A stretch of 58,550 nucleotides of DNA from IMG/VR virus record IMGVR_UViG_3300007513_000047, positions 1 through 58,550 of that record; one strand, 5' to 3'. This DNA is from a virus. Lineage: Duplodnaviria; Caudoviricetes. Position 1 is the stretch's first letter, and the number at the start of each line of letters is the position of its first letter. Shown here one piece after another: positions 1-9,936 of the stretch. Position numbers and translations under genes: made by a program. A model generated the notes under the pieces. It saw only the letters and a program-made list of their open reading frames with translations, did not search any database and was not told the DNA's origin.

Positions 1-713
1 ATGTTTGCATCTATTCTCTCTGCAATTCTTTCTTCACTCATTTCCATAGTGATATACAATACATTCTTATTCTGCATCAAAGAACTTGACGCCATATGAC
101 ACATGAATAATGATTTACCAACACCTGTTCCTGCAAGACATATGTTTAATGTCTTATTTGGCAGACCACCTTTTGTAATCTTATTAAAGTATTCTAAATC
201 AAAAGGTAATTTCTCTTCTTCATGCGTATAGAAATCATGTCTTTGTTCTGCATCTTCGAGTTGGTCATGACCAATGTGTTGGTCAAAAGACACGGAAAGG
301 GCATCCTTTAATAACTCTGGTATTTCGCCGGTCGACCTTTGAGATTTTTTATCTAAGACTTCAATAGAATCCATAACTGCAATATAGATTGCTCTATCTT
401 TGCACCAAGATTCTGTTTCATCAATAAGCCATTCTATAGGTGTTTCATCTTTAGGCATCGAGCCCAACAACTCTTTGGATCCTTTGACTACATTCTCTGA
501 CTCAGAGGTGATGTTGTCTAGGTTAATGAGAAGTGCTTCGAGTGTTGGGCTCTTAGTATACTTATCGAAATAATGTGTAATTTCTTTGTATACCAATTGC
601 TCTGATGAATCGGCAAAATACTCAGGTTTTAGGAAAGGAATTACTTTCCGTGAAAACTCGTCATTCTGTATCAGATTCTTGAGTATCGTCTGTTCTATTC
701 TCGTTGTTTCCAT
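1..713 (-). CDS. 41: T4 gp41-like replicative DNA helicase (N-terminal part; runs off the window)
   Basis: Not in the ORF track. Manual translation from ATG at 713 gives [14 protein letters not shown]...[15 protein letters not shown]...[25 protein letters not shown]...[18 protein letters not shown] (Walker A and DnaB-family motifs). Follows uvsX as in T4-like phages. Confidence 0.95.
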   Translation of the reverse strand, partial: METTRIEQTILKNLIQNDEFSRKVIPFLKPEYFADSSEQLVYKEITHYFDKYTKSPTLEALLINLDNITSESENVVKGSKELLGSMPKDETPIEWLIDETESWCKDRAIYIAVMDSIEVLDKKSQRSTGEIPELLKDALSVSFDQHIGHDQLEDAEQRHDFYTHEEEKLPFDLEYFNKITKGGLPNKTLNICLAGTGVGKSLFMCHMASSSLMQNKNVLYITMEMSEERIAERIDAN

Positions 714-1716
714 ATTTAAAATATTGATTTGCTACCTTTTCAAGTTTTTCCATTACTTCATCTGTGAAGTATTTCTCTGGATTATTATTAATCGTTTTAC
801 CAAACTCTGTTTTTCCATTTGGTAGTTTGACTCTGGTTGAAGATTTTTCAAAAACTCCACTTGCAAGTGCAAGGTCTAGTAGACCATAATATCTATCTAG
901 TCCTTTATCATATGTCAATCTGACATCGACCATTCTGTTCTCAACAGTAAGTCTTGACTTTGCGTTCTTACAATGAATGATGTTTCCTATAATCTCAGTT
1001 CCCTCTTTCTCTTTTCTTCTAGAAAGATATATGATTGAACTAGCGGCATATTTAAGTCCACTACCACCACCCATTTCTTTCTGTGGGAACATAGAACCAA
1101 TCACATCATATGTGTGGTTCGTGACTATCATAGGAACTCCTGCACGACCAAGTTTTAGAGTTAATACTCTAAATGCACCCTTTGTTATTTGGGCACGAGT
1201 CATGTCTTTAGTTTCCTTTCCTTCAGCAGTATCTTCGATTTCTTTTGTAGTTGATAACATACCAAGACTATCTAAACAAAACATCATAGGAGGTCTATCG
1301 TCTTCTGGTGTTTCTAGATATCTATCGAGAATATTGATTGCCTGATTTCTAAATTGTTGAACTGTTATTACAGGCACGATAACAACTCTGTTTGAATCTA
1401 TTCCTCTATCTTCAATCATTTGCTTACTAAGAGCAGATTCAGATTCAAAATAGATAACAGCAGCTTCAGGATTATCTTCTAAGAATTGTTTGCACATTCC
1501 TAATGCGAAGTAAGTTTTACCTGTTGCTGATTCTCCTGCGATTGCAGTAATTTTGTTTTTAGGTAACCCACCGAATAGTGAGCCACTTAATAATGCATTG
1601 AAGACATATGACCCACTGTCTACGAATGAGTCAACATCTCCAGCTGCAACACCATCTGCAACAATACCTGCGTATTCATTGCCGGATGCTTTAACTAAGT
1701 CTTTGATGAATGACAT
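661..1716 (-). CDS. uvsX: UvsX RecA-like recombinase
   Basis: Walker [22 protein letters not shown] and [12 protein letters not shown] motifs. Confidence 0.95.
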   Translation of the reverse strand: MSFIKDLVKASGNEYAGIVADGVAAGDVDSFVDSGSYVFNALLSGSLFGGLPKNKITAIAGESATGKTYFALGMCKQFLEDNPEAAVIYFESESALSKQMIEDRGIDSNRVVIVPVITVQQFRNQAINILDRYLETPEDDRPPMMFCLDSLGMLSTTKEIEDTAEGKETKDMTRAQITKGAFRVLTLKLGRAGVPMIVTNHTYDVIGSMFPQKEMGGGSGLKYAASSIIYLSRRKEKEGTEIIGNIIHCKNAKSRLTVENRMVDVRLTYDKGLDRYYGLLDLALASGVFEKSSTRVKLPNGKTEFGKTINNNPEKYFTDEVMEKLEKVANQYFKYGNNENRTDDTQESDTE

Positions 1717-1765
1717 ATTTCACTTCTCCATAATATAAAAGTTTTTTTATACTGTTTCCAGTATA

Positions 1766-1966
1766 CTACTTATGGTCAATTTTGTCTAGAGACTTTTCTA
1801 AATCTTTTAGGGTATCTGTATAAAAATCTTCTTCTAGTGAATGACCTGTCCATCGTTCTTTCATCATTTCTAGAATAAGTTTCATCTGTGTTTCAAGATG
1901 AACAATGAATCCAAATATTGTGATAATCATTAAGATGTAGAATACATCCATAAGTGTTATCAGCAT
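1766..1966 (-). CDS. small membrane protein, hypothetical
   Basis: One hydrophobic helix; the likely start is MLITLMDV at 1966 (the ORF track extends to 2005). Confidence 0.6.
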   Translation of the reverse strand: MLITLMDVFYILMIITIFGFIVHLETQMKLILEMMKERWTGHSLEEDFYTDTLKDLEKSLDKIDHK

Positions 1967-1967
1967 A

Positions 1968-2399
1968 TTATGATCCGTTTCCATTCTCCAACTCCACTGT
2001 CCCATTCTCTATTAAAACTTTTCTGTTGGCCATATGTTGTTTTTCAACTTCTTCTTTATTACCACCTGTGTATGCGACTGCATGATGGTCATCAATCATC
2101 TGTTGATTGATAGAATAAGAAGAAGAACCATGATATAAATTACCTAAGATTCTTCCAAACTTTCCTCTGTCATGAGAAACCATTTGGATATCTCCTTCTT
2201 CTAAGATTTTTGCGAGATGAGCTTTAGAAGCTTTACCAAATTTCTTTTCTACTAAATCACGAGTTCTAGATTCAGGTGTATCAATACCCAACATCCTAAC
2301 TCTTTGTTTTTTGTAAACCATTCCGAAACCAAGGTCTACATCAACATCAACTGTGTCTCCGTCCACGACTCTTACGACATTTACTTTATATCTATACAT
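1968..2399 (-). CDS. thermonuclease (SNase-like) family protein
   Basis: VVDGDTVD, RVRMLGIDTPE and DRGKFGRILG motifs. Confidence 0.88.
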   Translation of the reverse strand: MYRYKVNVVRVVDGDTVDVDVDLGFGMVYKKQRVRMLGIDTPESRTRDLVEKKFGKASKAHLAKILEEGDIQMVSHDRGKFGRILGNLYHGSSSYSINQQMIDDHHAVAYTGGNKEEVEKQHMANRKVLIENGTVELENGNGS

Positions 2400-2811
2400 A
2401 ATTGTGTTGTCTATGTTCTTTTTTATTTTCCCAATCTGTTATTGCCTGTCTTATAGAATCTTCTGCAAGAACTGAACAATGCAATTTGATTGGTGGCAAT
2501 TCAAGTGCTTTTGCTATATCTTTATCTTTGACTTGTTTTGCCTCTTCAATTGTTTTACCTTTCAGCATATCAACAAACAATGTAGATGATGCGATTGCAC
2601 TTCCACATCCATATGTTTTAAATTTAACATCAACGATTCTTTCTTTATCGTTAAGTTTAATTTGTAATCTCATTACATCTCCACATGCAGGTGCACCTGT
2701 CATGCCTGTAGCAACATTAGGGTCATTAGGATCAAAACTGCCCACCGAGTGTTTATGCGGATCATTTAGAACAGATTCAAATCTGTCTATGACCTTCTTA
2801 CTATATGCCAT
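2392..2811 (-). CDS. iscU: Fe-S cluster scaffold IscU
   Basis: GAPACGDVMRLQ, FKTYGCGSAIASS and LPPIKLHCSVLAED (three Cys ligands plus LPPVK-like HscA motif). Confidence 0.95.
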   Translation of the reverse strand: MAYSKKVIDRFESVLNDPHKHSVGSFDPNDPNVATGMTGAPACGDVMRLQIKLNDKERIVDVKFKTYGCGSAIASSTLFVDMLKGKTIEEAKQVKDKDIAKALELPPIKLHCSVLAEDSIRQAITDWENKKEHRQHNYV

Positions 2812-2832
2812 ATTAATATATTTAGTGTTTTT

Positions 2833-5340
2833 CTAACCGAAGAATGAATCTAATGATGCGGTGGGTTCTACATTCCAATCTATCAATTGAACTATGTTTT
2901 TGAGTGGTTCGACAAATGATTTATCAAACTGTAAATCATAATCTACAAATCTATGTAAGTCGAATTCTTTTGGCAATGAGTTAGTAAATGATATCACATT
3001 CTCATTAATAGGATTAGGCATAGTGAGATATGTAAAGTGTATCTTCTCACCATTTAAAATGGGTTCATATCTCTTCATAAGATTCATCTCTTTAAGTCTA
3101 TGATTAAACAACAATGAACCTCTAACATGAATTGGTGTACCCTTTGAATATATATTTGTAGTGTCTGCGTATTGAATTAAACCTCTGCACCCTCTAGGGA
3201 ACGCAACATCTTCTGGCGGTAATTCTCTAAACTCTTTTCTTGATGCCTCTACGAAATTCCATAGTTCTTGTTCTGTTCCAGTCATTACAAGTTTAATTGC
3301 TTGTTCTAATCTTCTTCTAACCCACAAAGGCGTAGACGACTTGGCAGTTTCAATACCCATGAGTTTAAGTTTTGGTTCTTCTAATCTTACACCCTCGTTA
3401 TCATGCACATTAAGAATGTATCTTTTCTTTGCAGTCCAAATACCCTTATCTGCAATAACTTCTCTGCCCATTTCCATCTTCTGTTGAAATGCGTTTACAT
3501 ACTCTGCAAGTTCTACAAACCCTTCTTCTAATACTTCTTCTATCTTATGTTCTACCTTAGATAAGAAATCGATAATCTTATCTTTATCTGTTTCTTCTGG
3601 CATAACTGCATTAACAAATTTGTCCATTGTAAGATAAATTGAATCAGTATCAATTGCGATTACATAATCTTCATTATCTGTTTTAAGTAGTTCATTAAGA
3701 TACCTATTGACTATCTTCTCTGACCATCTAATTACCAACTGGCCAGCAGTTGTAATTGCTTCTGCTAAGTCAACACTAAAGAAGGCGAACCACTGATTCG
3801 CCATAGAACCATATGCTGAGTTCAATGCAATCTTTCTTACTTGTTGATTGTTGTATGCCCTTTTGATAAGTGTATCGAGTTGTCTGATTCTTTTTGCATC
3901 AGTTGTTCTTTCTTTTTCTATCTGATACTCAATCATCTTTTTCTTCCATGCCTTTCTTTCGTCATACATGATTTCCATAATCTCAGGAAAGAAACCTTGT
4001 TTGTCTCTAGAGAACATGACACCATTAGGTGCAATAGAAGTATTCATCTTCTTACCTATCGATAAGTCCATTTCTTGATACAACATTTTATCTACTGTTG
4101 CATCTTGACGATTGCCTTTAATCATTTTCTCAGGCGAAATGTTCCACTGCATAATTAAATGTGGATATAGACTATTCAAGTCAAATGACATCACCCAATT
4201 ATGTCCACCTACAATAGGTTCTTTTACATATGCACCAACTATCTGATTGTTCTTATTCTCATTCTTCTTTTGTGGTGGTGTCTGAACACCTTGTTCTTTT
4301 AAGAAATTGTATATGATAGTTTCCCAATACTTAACCATACCAAATGTATCGATGTAATTACACTTGGCATCATATGCCATCGCCTGTGTTAAATCTAAGA
4401 AACCTAATTTCTCTTCTAGTTCTTCTACGAGAACAACATCACGAACATTGTATTCAAGATACTTTGCATAATTATTTTTGTATAAGGTGTGAAGTGAACC
4501 ATACTCTGAGTAATCTAACTTCTGTTTACCCAATTCAAAGTGAGCAATGTAATCTAACTTATATGATTCTTGATTATGAAATGTTGACCTCTTGTATAGT
4601 TCCATATAGTCAACAACATTGACACCACTTAAATCAAATATCTGAGTTCTCTGATAACCATGTTGTAAGAATTCTCTTTGAGATGATTGTCCCCATGGCG
4701 ATAACTTCTTATGTGTATCTTCACCAAACAATCTATCATATCGATTACAAAGATAAGTCATATCAAATGAATCTACATTCCAACCTGTAATGATATCAAA
4801 CCATTCTGACCTCCAATACTTCATGAAGTTCACTAATAGTTCTTGTTCGTTTTTACAGTTCACATAGACTACATCTGACTCTGTCTCCCATTCACCAATA
4901 CCAAATACGACAGTAGATTTGCCGAAAGGTTTAATTGAAATTGCGTTTACTTTTTCGATTGCCTGGTGTGGTTCTGGAAAACCATTCTCTGATTCACACT
5001 CAATATCAAGTGTGGCAATCTTTATGTGTTGTGGGTCAAAATTTATTTTGCCAGGAAATTTATCTGAGATGTAAGTATAAACATATCTATCATAACCATG
5101 AACTTCAAAACCATCTATCTTCTGATACTTGTCTTTGAATTTCTTGGCGCCTGCCATTGAGTTGAGATTAACAACTTCTAATGGACGACCATCGAGTGCC
5201 TTATAAGGGGAGGAACTTTTCTTTGATGGTATGTAAAGATTCGGTCTATACGATACAGAAAGTTTTTGTTTCTTTCCGTTCTTATAACCTATTGCAAGTA
5301 TTTTATCACGAGAACGACATACATTAGTGTAAAAATCCAT
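2833..5340 (-). CDS. 43: family B DNA polymerase gp43
   Basis: ExoI DIECE, SFDLNSLYP, KIALNSAYG, DTDS, KKRY and C-terminal clamp-binding SLDSFF. Confidence 0.97.
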   Translation of the reverse strand: MDFYTNVCRSRDKILAIGYKNGKKQKLSVSYRPNLYIPSKKSSSPYKALDGRPLEVVNLNSMAGAKKFKDKYQKIDGFEVHGYDRYVYTYISDKFPGKINFDPQHIKIATLDIECESENGFPEPHQAIEKVNAISIKPFGKSTVVFGIGEWETESDVVYVNCKNEQELLVNFMKYWRSEWFDIITGWNVDSFDMTYLCNRYDRLFGEDTHKKLSPWGQSSQREFLQHGYQRTQIFDLSGVNVVDYMELYKRSTFHNQESYKLDYIAHFELGKQKLDYSEYGSLHTLYKNNYAKYLEYNVRDVVLVEELEEKLGFLDLTQAMAYDAKCNYIDTFGMVKYWETIIYNFLKEQGVQTPPQKKNENKNNQIVGAYVKEPIVGGHNWVMSFDLNSLYPHLIMQWNISPEKMIKGNRQDATVDKMLYQEMDLSIGKKMNTSIAPNGVMFSRDKQGFFPEIMEIMYDERKAWKKKMIEYQIEKERTTDAKRIRQLDTLIKRAYNNQQVRKIALNSAYGSMANQWFAFFSVDLAEAITTAGQLVIRWSEKIVNRYLNELLKTDNEDYVIAIDTDSIYLTMDKFVNAVMPEETDKDKIIDFLSKVEHKIEEVLEEGFVELAEYVNAFQQKMEMGREVIADKGIWTAKKRYILNVHDNEGVRLEEPKLKLMGIETAKSSTPLWVRRRLEQAIKLVMTGTEQELWNFVEASRKEFRELPPEDVAFPRGCRGLIQYADTTNIYSKGTPIHVRGSLLFNHRLKEMNLMKRYEPILNGEKIHFTYLTMPNPINENVISFTNSLPKEFDLHRFVDYDLQFDKSFVEPLKNIVQLIDWNVEPTASLDSFFG

Positions 5341-5364
5341 AGTATAATTATACTATACTATGGT

Positions 5365-5598
5365 CTATTCTACAAGGGTCTTTTGCTGTCTATAGTCAAA
5401 AATACTGGCAGCATTTTTGATATCGGTCCAATAAGCAATGCGTTCCAATTCTTTCTCAATTGTTGCCATTATATCTGGATGTTCTGCAACACCCACTGCA
5501 TTTTTAGTGAGAATCTCCACATTAACTTTGTGTTTCTCAATCATTGCATCTGCTTGTTTTACTTGAGCTGATAGAGCTCTATCGATAAAGTCATTCAT
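5365..5598 (-). CDS. hypothetical phage protein
   Basis: 77-aa ORF in operon orientation containing VGVAEHPDI. Confidence 0.7.
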   Translation of the reverse strand: MNDFIDRALSAQVKQADAMIEKHKVNVEILTKNAVGVAEHPDIMATIEKELERIAYWTDIKNAASIFDYRQQKTLVE

Positions 5599-5601
5599 AA
5601 T

Positions 5602-5895
5602 CTATTTCCTAATTTGGCCTCTGACGCCGTGTGTATTACCTGTTGCAACTTTGAAATTAGTTTCAAGTTGAGGTTTAGCATCAAAGACTGTTTGTATCAA
5701 TTGTTTTTTTATTCTAAAAGTATATTCTTTGGCGAAAGGAATCCATGGTGCCAAATTGACTTCCATAGTTCCATCTTTCGCTTCTAAAACACATATTTGT
5801 GCATCTTGTATAGTATAGTCTCCATTATAGTGTTTGGTGACAAACCCTATTAAGACTTCACCTGTGTCTAGGCGTATGCATTTTACATCAAGCAT
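5602..5895 (-). CDS. hypothetical protein, Sm-like beta-barrel type common in T4-like phages
   Basis: IRLDTGEVLIG...LAPWIPFA pattern. Confidence 0.6.
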   Translation of the reverse strand: MLDVKCIRLDTGEVLIGFVTKHYNGDYTIQDAQICVLEAKDGTMEVNLAPWIPFAKEYTFRIKKQLIQTVFDAKPQLETNFKVATGNTHGVRGQIRK

Positions 5896-6340
5896 CTAAT
5901 ACCATTTCCTGTAGTTCTACTGACCTTCTACCTACTTGCCCAAACCATTTTGAATCTTCCATTTGAGCAGCCATTTCTCTCCAATCAGACTCAGAACATG
6001 CCTTGAGCATGTTTCTAAACTTTGCTAATCGGTTGGCACCCAAATTGAAACACATATTAACTAATACATGTTGCACATTCTCTGGTAGATTATCAAAATC
6101 TATGTCGTGTGCTTCACAAACATGTAATGTTTCGTCTACATGTTTATCAAAATCTACTTCATAGTATCTATCTACCACCTCTTGTGAAACTGGTGTACCT
6201 GATGGTTCACCAAATTCGTGGTCATCTTCTCTGATGAGGTGACCGACACCTAGGGTTAAGTAACCTAGTGAGTCTTCATAAACTTCTAGAACTTCTCCCT
6301 CGTGTCTTTTTATTTGTTCTTTCAAGACTTCTTTATTCAT
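5888..6340 (-). CDS. phage lysozyme (GH24, T4 e-like)
   Basis: HEG-x-YEDSLGYLTLGVGHL catalytic E-D-T arrangement; NMCFNLG; SKWFGQVGRR. Confidence 0.92.
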   Translation of the reverse strand: MNKEVLKEQIKRHEGEVLEVYEDSLGYLTLGVGHLIREDDHEFGEPSGTPVSQEVVDRYYEVDFDKHVDETLHVCEAHDIDFDNLPENVQHVLVNMCFNLGANRLAKFRNMLKACSESDWREMAAQMEDSKWFGQVGRRSVELQEMVLDA

Positions 6341-6358
6341 ATTAAAGTTGGGTTATGG

Positions 6359-6535
6359 TTATTCGGATTTAGGTTCTGGATCTTGTTTTGCAACAAATGT
6401 AAATCCAGCATCTGCCTTAGCAGTTTTAAAAGTTGCTTCAGCGACTTCATTTCCATCAGCATCGATATTAGGAAAGTAATGTCCTGTTGGAGTGCCGTCA
6501 ACATCTTTAGTGAATTTGTAGTTAGCTATTGCCAT
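6359..6535 (-). CDS. 58-aa hypothetical protein (not in ORF track)
   Basis: Manual translation MAIANYKFTKDVDGTPTGHYFPNIDADGNEVAEATFKTAKADAGFTFVAKQDPEPKSE; fills the gap between neighbours, with GAGG upstream. Confidence 0.65.
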   Translation of the reverse strand: MAIANYKFTKDVDGTPTGHYFPNIDADGNEVAEATFKTAKADAGFTFVAKQDPEPKSE

Positions 6536-6827
6536 CTGATTTTTCCTCTCTTTTGATTTGCTCTTGGATTAACTCTACTAGAATATCACCCATGAGATTA
6601 TTTAATTCACCATTATTTAGTAATTCTTCAACCGCCTCATCAGAAGGTTCAACACCTTCTGGTAGTCTTCTGATTGTTCTTTTAAAATTCATCTGTGGTT
6701 CACCATCTACGAATTGAACATCACCATATTGATAGACTAAACCTTTCCATTCTCCAGATATCAATTCGATACCTGCATCTTTTTCATATGGATTTTCTAC
6801 AACTTGATAAACTTCTCTAAAAAGCAT
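6522..6827 (-). CDS. hypothetical phage protein
   Basis: 101-aa ORF overlapping the upstream gene (GEWKGLVYQYGDV). Confidence 0.7.
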   Translation of the reverse strand: MLFREVYQVVENPYEKDAGIELISGEWKGLVYQYGDVQFVDGEPQMNFKRTIRRLPEGVEPSDEAVEELLNNGELNNLMGDILVELIQEQIKREEKSDGNS

Positions 6828-7803
6828 CGTTCATTCTTCTCTCAAACTCTTCATAATATTCATCTTCTGTAAGATGAACCTCTGCGTAGTTTTGTCTAGC
6901 AAGTTCTAACTTCTCTTTTCTGAAAACTTCGTCTCTTAATTGTAATGACTTTTCTAAAAACTCTTCGAAAGTATAGACTCTTTGCCACTTGTCTATTCGA
7001 TATGAGTTGGTGCAGTCATAGTTTCTCCAAACAAATGGAACAATACCTATTGCAAGTGCCTCTGGATATCTGGCTGTTGTTGCAGTTTCATCTAACCAAT
7101 TAAAACATAATGTTTCTCTACAACCCTCCAATAAAGGATAGAGTTTTCTCCAATCTTTAATCCATTTGGCTTCTCGTTGAACACCAGATGGCATTCCACC
7201 TATAAGTTGGCATGAAAGTTCACTTCTATAAATTTGACGAATGGTCTTTTCTCTATCGTGGCCATGTTTCATACGACCCCAATATCCAAAGTCATGAGTC
7301 TTAGTTGACCCAACCATTTCCGCCAAAGGGTTTTTTAGGGTGTTTATGAAGTGATACTTCATGCCGTGTATGTTACCACTAAAATCGACTTCATCGATAG
7401 TAGTGAATGATTTGATATTAATACCTTTAAATACTTCTTCTCTATATAACTCTTCTGTATCTGCCCTATCACTACAGAACATTATAACATCTTTACCTTC
7501 GAAGAAAGGTCTGATTACATCCATATGTTCGTTAGACTTCGCTAAGTCTTTTGGATTCATCTGTAGTTCACCGTGATATCTGAACTCACTATCACTTGGT
7601 ATAACAATTACATCTGCCCAATCAATAGTCTCAGGTGTTCTCTTTGGTCTTTTATTTTCAAATGATACATTATAAGTATCGTACCTATGTTGAGGATTTG
7701 CTCTCATCCATCTCACATAATTTTCAAAGAAACTATCTAATACTGTCTCTAAAGGTCCATTGTATTTCACAAATGAACGAAGTCTTGCTATAGTTATATT
7801 CAT
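6817..7803 (-). CDS. GT-B fold transferase resembling T4 DNA beta-glucosyltransferase
   Basis: By-eye similarity to T4 BGT as I recall it: KTHDFGYWGRMKHGHDREK vs KTLDVIYGGSFRSGQRESK, and TARYPEALAIGIVPFVWRNYD vs TLRVWETMASDAVMLIDEEFD; similar length. Confidence 0.6.
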   Translation of the reverse strand: MNITIARLRSFVKYNGPLETVLDSFFENYVRWMRANPQHRYDTYNVSFENKRPKRTPETIDWADVIVIPSDSEFRYHGELQMNPKDLAKSNEHMDVIRPFFEGKDVIMFCSDRADTEELYREEVFKGINIKSFTTIDEVDFSGNIHGMKYHFINTLKNPLAEMVGSTKTHDFGYWGRMKHGHDREKTIRQIYRSELSCQLIGGMPSGVQREAKWIKDWRKLYPLLEGCRETLCFNWLDETATTARYPEALAIGIVPFVWRNYDCTNSYRIDKWQRVYTFEEFLEKSLQLRDEVFRKEKLELARQNYAEVHLTEDEYYEEFERRMNDAF

Positions 7804-8210
7804 GATTGGGTTACCCTCCTTCTTAAACCACTACTTGAAAATGAATGTTTTCTATTGGTATAGTAAACTTTTATAGGCAAGTAATCTCCTGTAAAAGTTT
7901 TGTCTTTATAATCTTCACCTATAAATCTTACATCGATTGGTGTTGATTCTAGTAAATCTATCAGACTCGCTTCTGTATCATATGGTATAACTTCATCGAC
8001 ATATTGTATCGCATTAAGTTGTACGAATCTTTCGTATACAGACTGTACTGGTTTATTCTTTTCTTGCCTATCAATAGTTGGGTCAGTCTGCAACCCTACA
8101 ATTAAATGTTCACAATTCTCTCTCGCTTCTTTTAACATTACTACATGTCCTGCATGTAATAAGTCAAATGCGCCACAAGTAAATCCTTTTTTCTTTGTCA
8201 TATATCTCAC
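7800..8210 (-). CDS. TagD-like (glycerol-3-phosphate) cytidylyltransferase
   Basis: GAFDLLHAGH (HxGH), LIVGLQTD, GEDY and RKHSFSSS motifs. Confidence 0.9.
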   Translation of the reverse strand: MRYMTKKKGFTCGAFDLLHAGHVVMLKEARENCEHLIVGLQTDPTIDRQEKNKPVQSVYERFVQLNAIQYVDEVIPYDTEASLIDLLESTPIDVRFIGEDYKDKTFTGDYLPIKVYYTNRKHSFSSSGLRRRVTQS

Positions 8211-9331
8211 CTAATAATATCTATATTACTATTCTTAGACCAAACCTCTAGTTCAGTTCTAAGTCTGTTATCATTTTTTAATTTCTCGTATCTTCTACCT
8301 GCGTGTTTCTTCCACCATGTAATGATACTATCGTATTCAAATCTATCAAAGTTGATATTCTTTTCTAATGTATCAGTTTCTAAATTCAAATACTCTTTTA
8401 CATTCTTGAAACCATATGTTCCAAGATATTGTCTCTTCTGTTCTGTAAGATTCTTTGCATCAACGAAACATTGTTTGAATGGTTTTAACATTTCGCTATG
8501 ATGTTTATCTAATGAATTTCTTATAATAGAAATCATCTTGCCTTGCGTTTTAAGTTTTCTACTCGATGCATCATCATGAACAAGTGGCACTCCATTATTC
8601 TTATTTTCAAACCATTCTTTTAGATGTGCATACTTATCATCATTGATTGACGGAACAAAATCTGAATCAGTTAGTCCTATAAATCTTAAGAATGGTTTCA
8701 TGCCATCATACATCGATGATGATTTAGATGTGCCATATAATGATGTAGTTTCAAACATACAGAACTCTGTATTATATTTCTTGTTTAATGTTTCTCTTGC
8801 AAGATGTGAATTACAAATGCCTGCAAGTAGTTTACCACCTAGATAATTGAAACCAAATGGTTGTGTTGGTATGATATTAAACCCCATGATTGCTGAGTCA
8901 TTAAATCTTCTCATTACATCTTTGTCTAATGTGTTTAAAGGTTTGCCTAGAAATTCATTACGAGGTTTAGAGTTGATAGTAGGAGAACCAAAACGAATGA
9001 ACCCTACAATCTTATTAGTATTAGTTTCATATACAACCCACTTAAGAGTTTTGCCTGGTATCGATTTCTGAATCATTTGAGATGCAACTATATCAATGTA
9101 ATCATCGTATAAAGAAACCTCTCTACAGTCGAACTCCATGTCTTCTGGATGAATCGTAAAGTCTTGAAACATGTCGTCCTCTGGACCCATACCAAATAAT
9201 GATGCAGGTCTATCTGACATTTTTTCTAGTTTTACTTTGCGTAGATAATCATCTATTCTATCAAAATTAGCATAGTAGTCGATAAAGATTTGACCGACAT
9301 ATTGTGCATCTTGTTTTGATAGTATCAACAT
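8207..9331 (-). CDS. DUF4338 (DruA-like), GNAT-related protein
   Basis: IVGFIRFGSP...PFGFNYLGGKLLA...ETTSLYG..SSMYDG...FIGLT motifs, recalled as DUF4338-like. Confidence 0.65.
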   Translation of the reverse strand: MLILSKQDAQYVGQIFIDYYANFDRIDDYLRKVKLEKMSDRPASLFGMGPEDDMFQDFTIHPEDMEFDCREVSLYDDYIDIVASQMIQKSIPGKTLKWVVYETNTNKIVGFIRFGSPTINSKPRNEFLGKPLNTLDKDVMRRFNDSAIMGFNIIPTQPFGFNYLGGKLLAGICNSHLARETLNKKYNTEFCMFETTSLYGTSKSSSMYDGMKPFLRFIGLTDSDFVPSINDDKYAHLKEWFENKNNGVPLVHDDASSRKLKTQGKMISIIRNSLDKHHSEMLKPFKQCFVDAKNLTEQKRQYLGTYGFKNVKEYLNLETDTLEKNINFDRFEYDSIITWWKKHAGRRYEKLKNDNRLRTELEVWSKNSNIDIIR

Positions 9332-9390
9332 AAAAAACCCACCTCCATTATAAACGAAGATGGGTATAATTGTCTAGTGACTTTTTGTAA

Positions 9391-9915
9391 TTATGCTACG
9401 AATTCATCGCCAGGATTCCATGCACAACCTGTAAGACCACCAGCTTTTAATGCTTGTAATGTTCTTAATATTTCTTGTGCGTTTCTACCTGTATCTAATG
9501 CGTTGACTGAAACACTTTGAATTGTTCCATTAGGGTCAACAATGAATGTTGCTCTATAACAAACACCGTTGTCAATATCAACGATTCCTAATTCAGAAGA
9601 TAAATATAGTCCAGTGTCAGCTGCAAGTTCATGATTGATTTCTCTAATCATTCCATTTACATTTCTCCAGGCCTGTTTGCAGAATTCATTATCACCACTG
9701 ATACCAATTACTCTCGCCTCATCGACAAGTATGTCCATAGCGGCAATTTCTGTTGGGCATATGAATGTGAAATCTTTTGGATAAAAGTAAATGACACTCC
9801 AACCAACATGTTCCTCTAAACTTACCTCTGTTATATCGTTTGCAGGATTAACTCCTTGTAAATTAAAAGTAGGAAATTCATCACCTACAGTTAATTGTTC
9901 TCCTTCTCTAAACAT
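9391..9915 (-). CDS. ahpC: 2-Cys peroxiredoxin AhpC
   Basis: FYPKDFTFICPTEI peroxidatic motif, RATFIVDP and GRNAQEILR; start moved to ATG 9915, which has a GAGGAG SD and avoids overlapping the tRNA. Confidence 0.92.
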   Translation of the reverse strand: MFREGEQLTVGDEFPTFNLQGVNPANDITEVSLEEHVGWSVIYFYPKDFTFICPTEIAAMDILVDEARVIGISGDNEFCKQAWRNVNGMIREINHELAADTGLYLSSELGIVDIDNGVCYRATFIVDPNGTIQSVSVNALDTGRNAQEILRTLQALKAGGLTGCAWNPGDEFVA

Positions 9916-9936
9916 TTTTTCTCCTCTGTTTGAAAC

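Noticed and set aside
2833-5340. Introns, inteins or homing endonucleases in gp43 (gp17, gp46 and uvsW also checked)
   Set aside because: All are continuous, of normal length and lack splicing or endonuclease motifs
8207-9331. Druantia defence system
   Set aside because: Only a DruA/DUF4338-like gene is present; there is no DruE helicase or other dru gene, and the context is a phage transferase cluster
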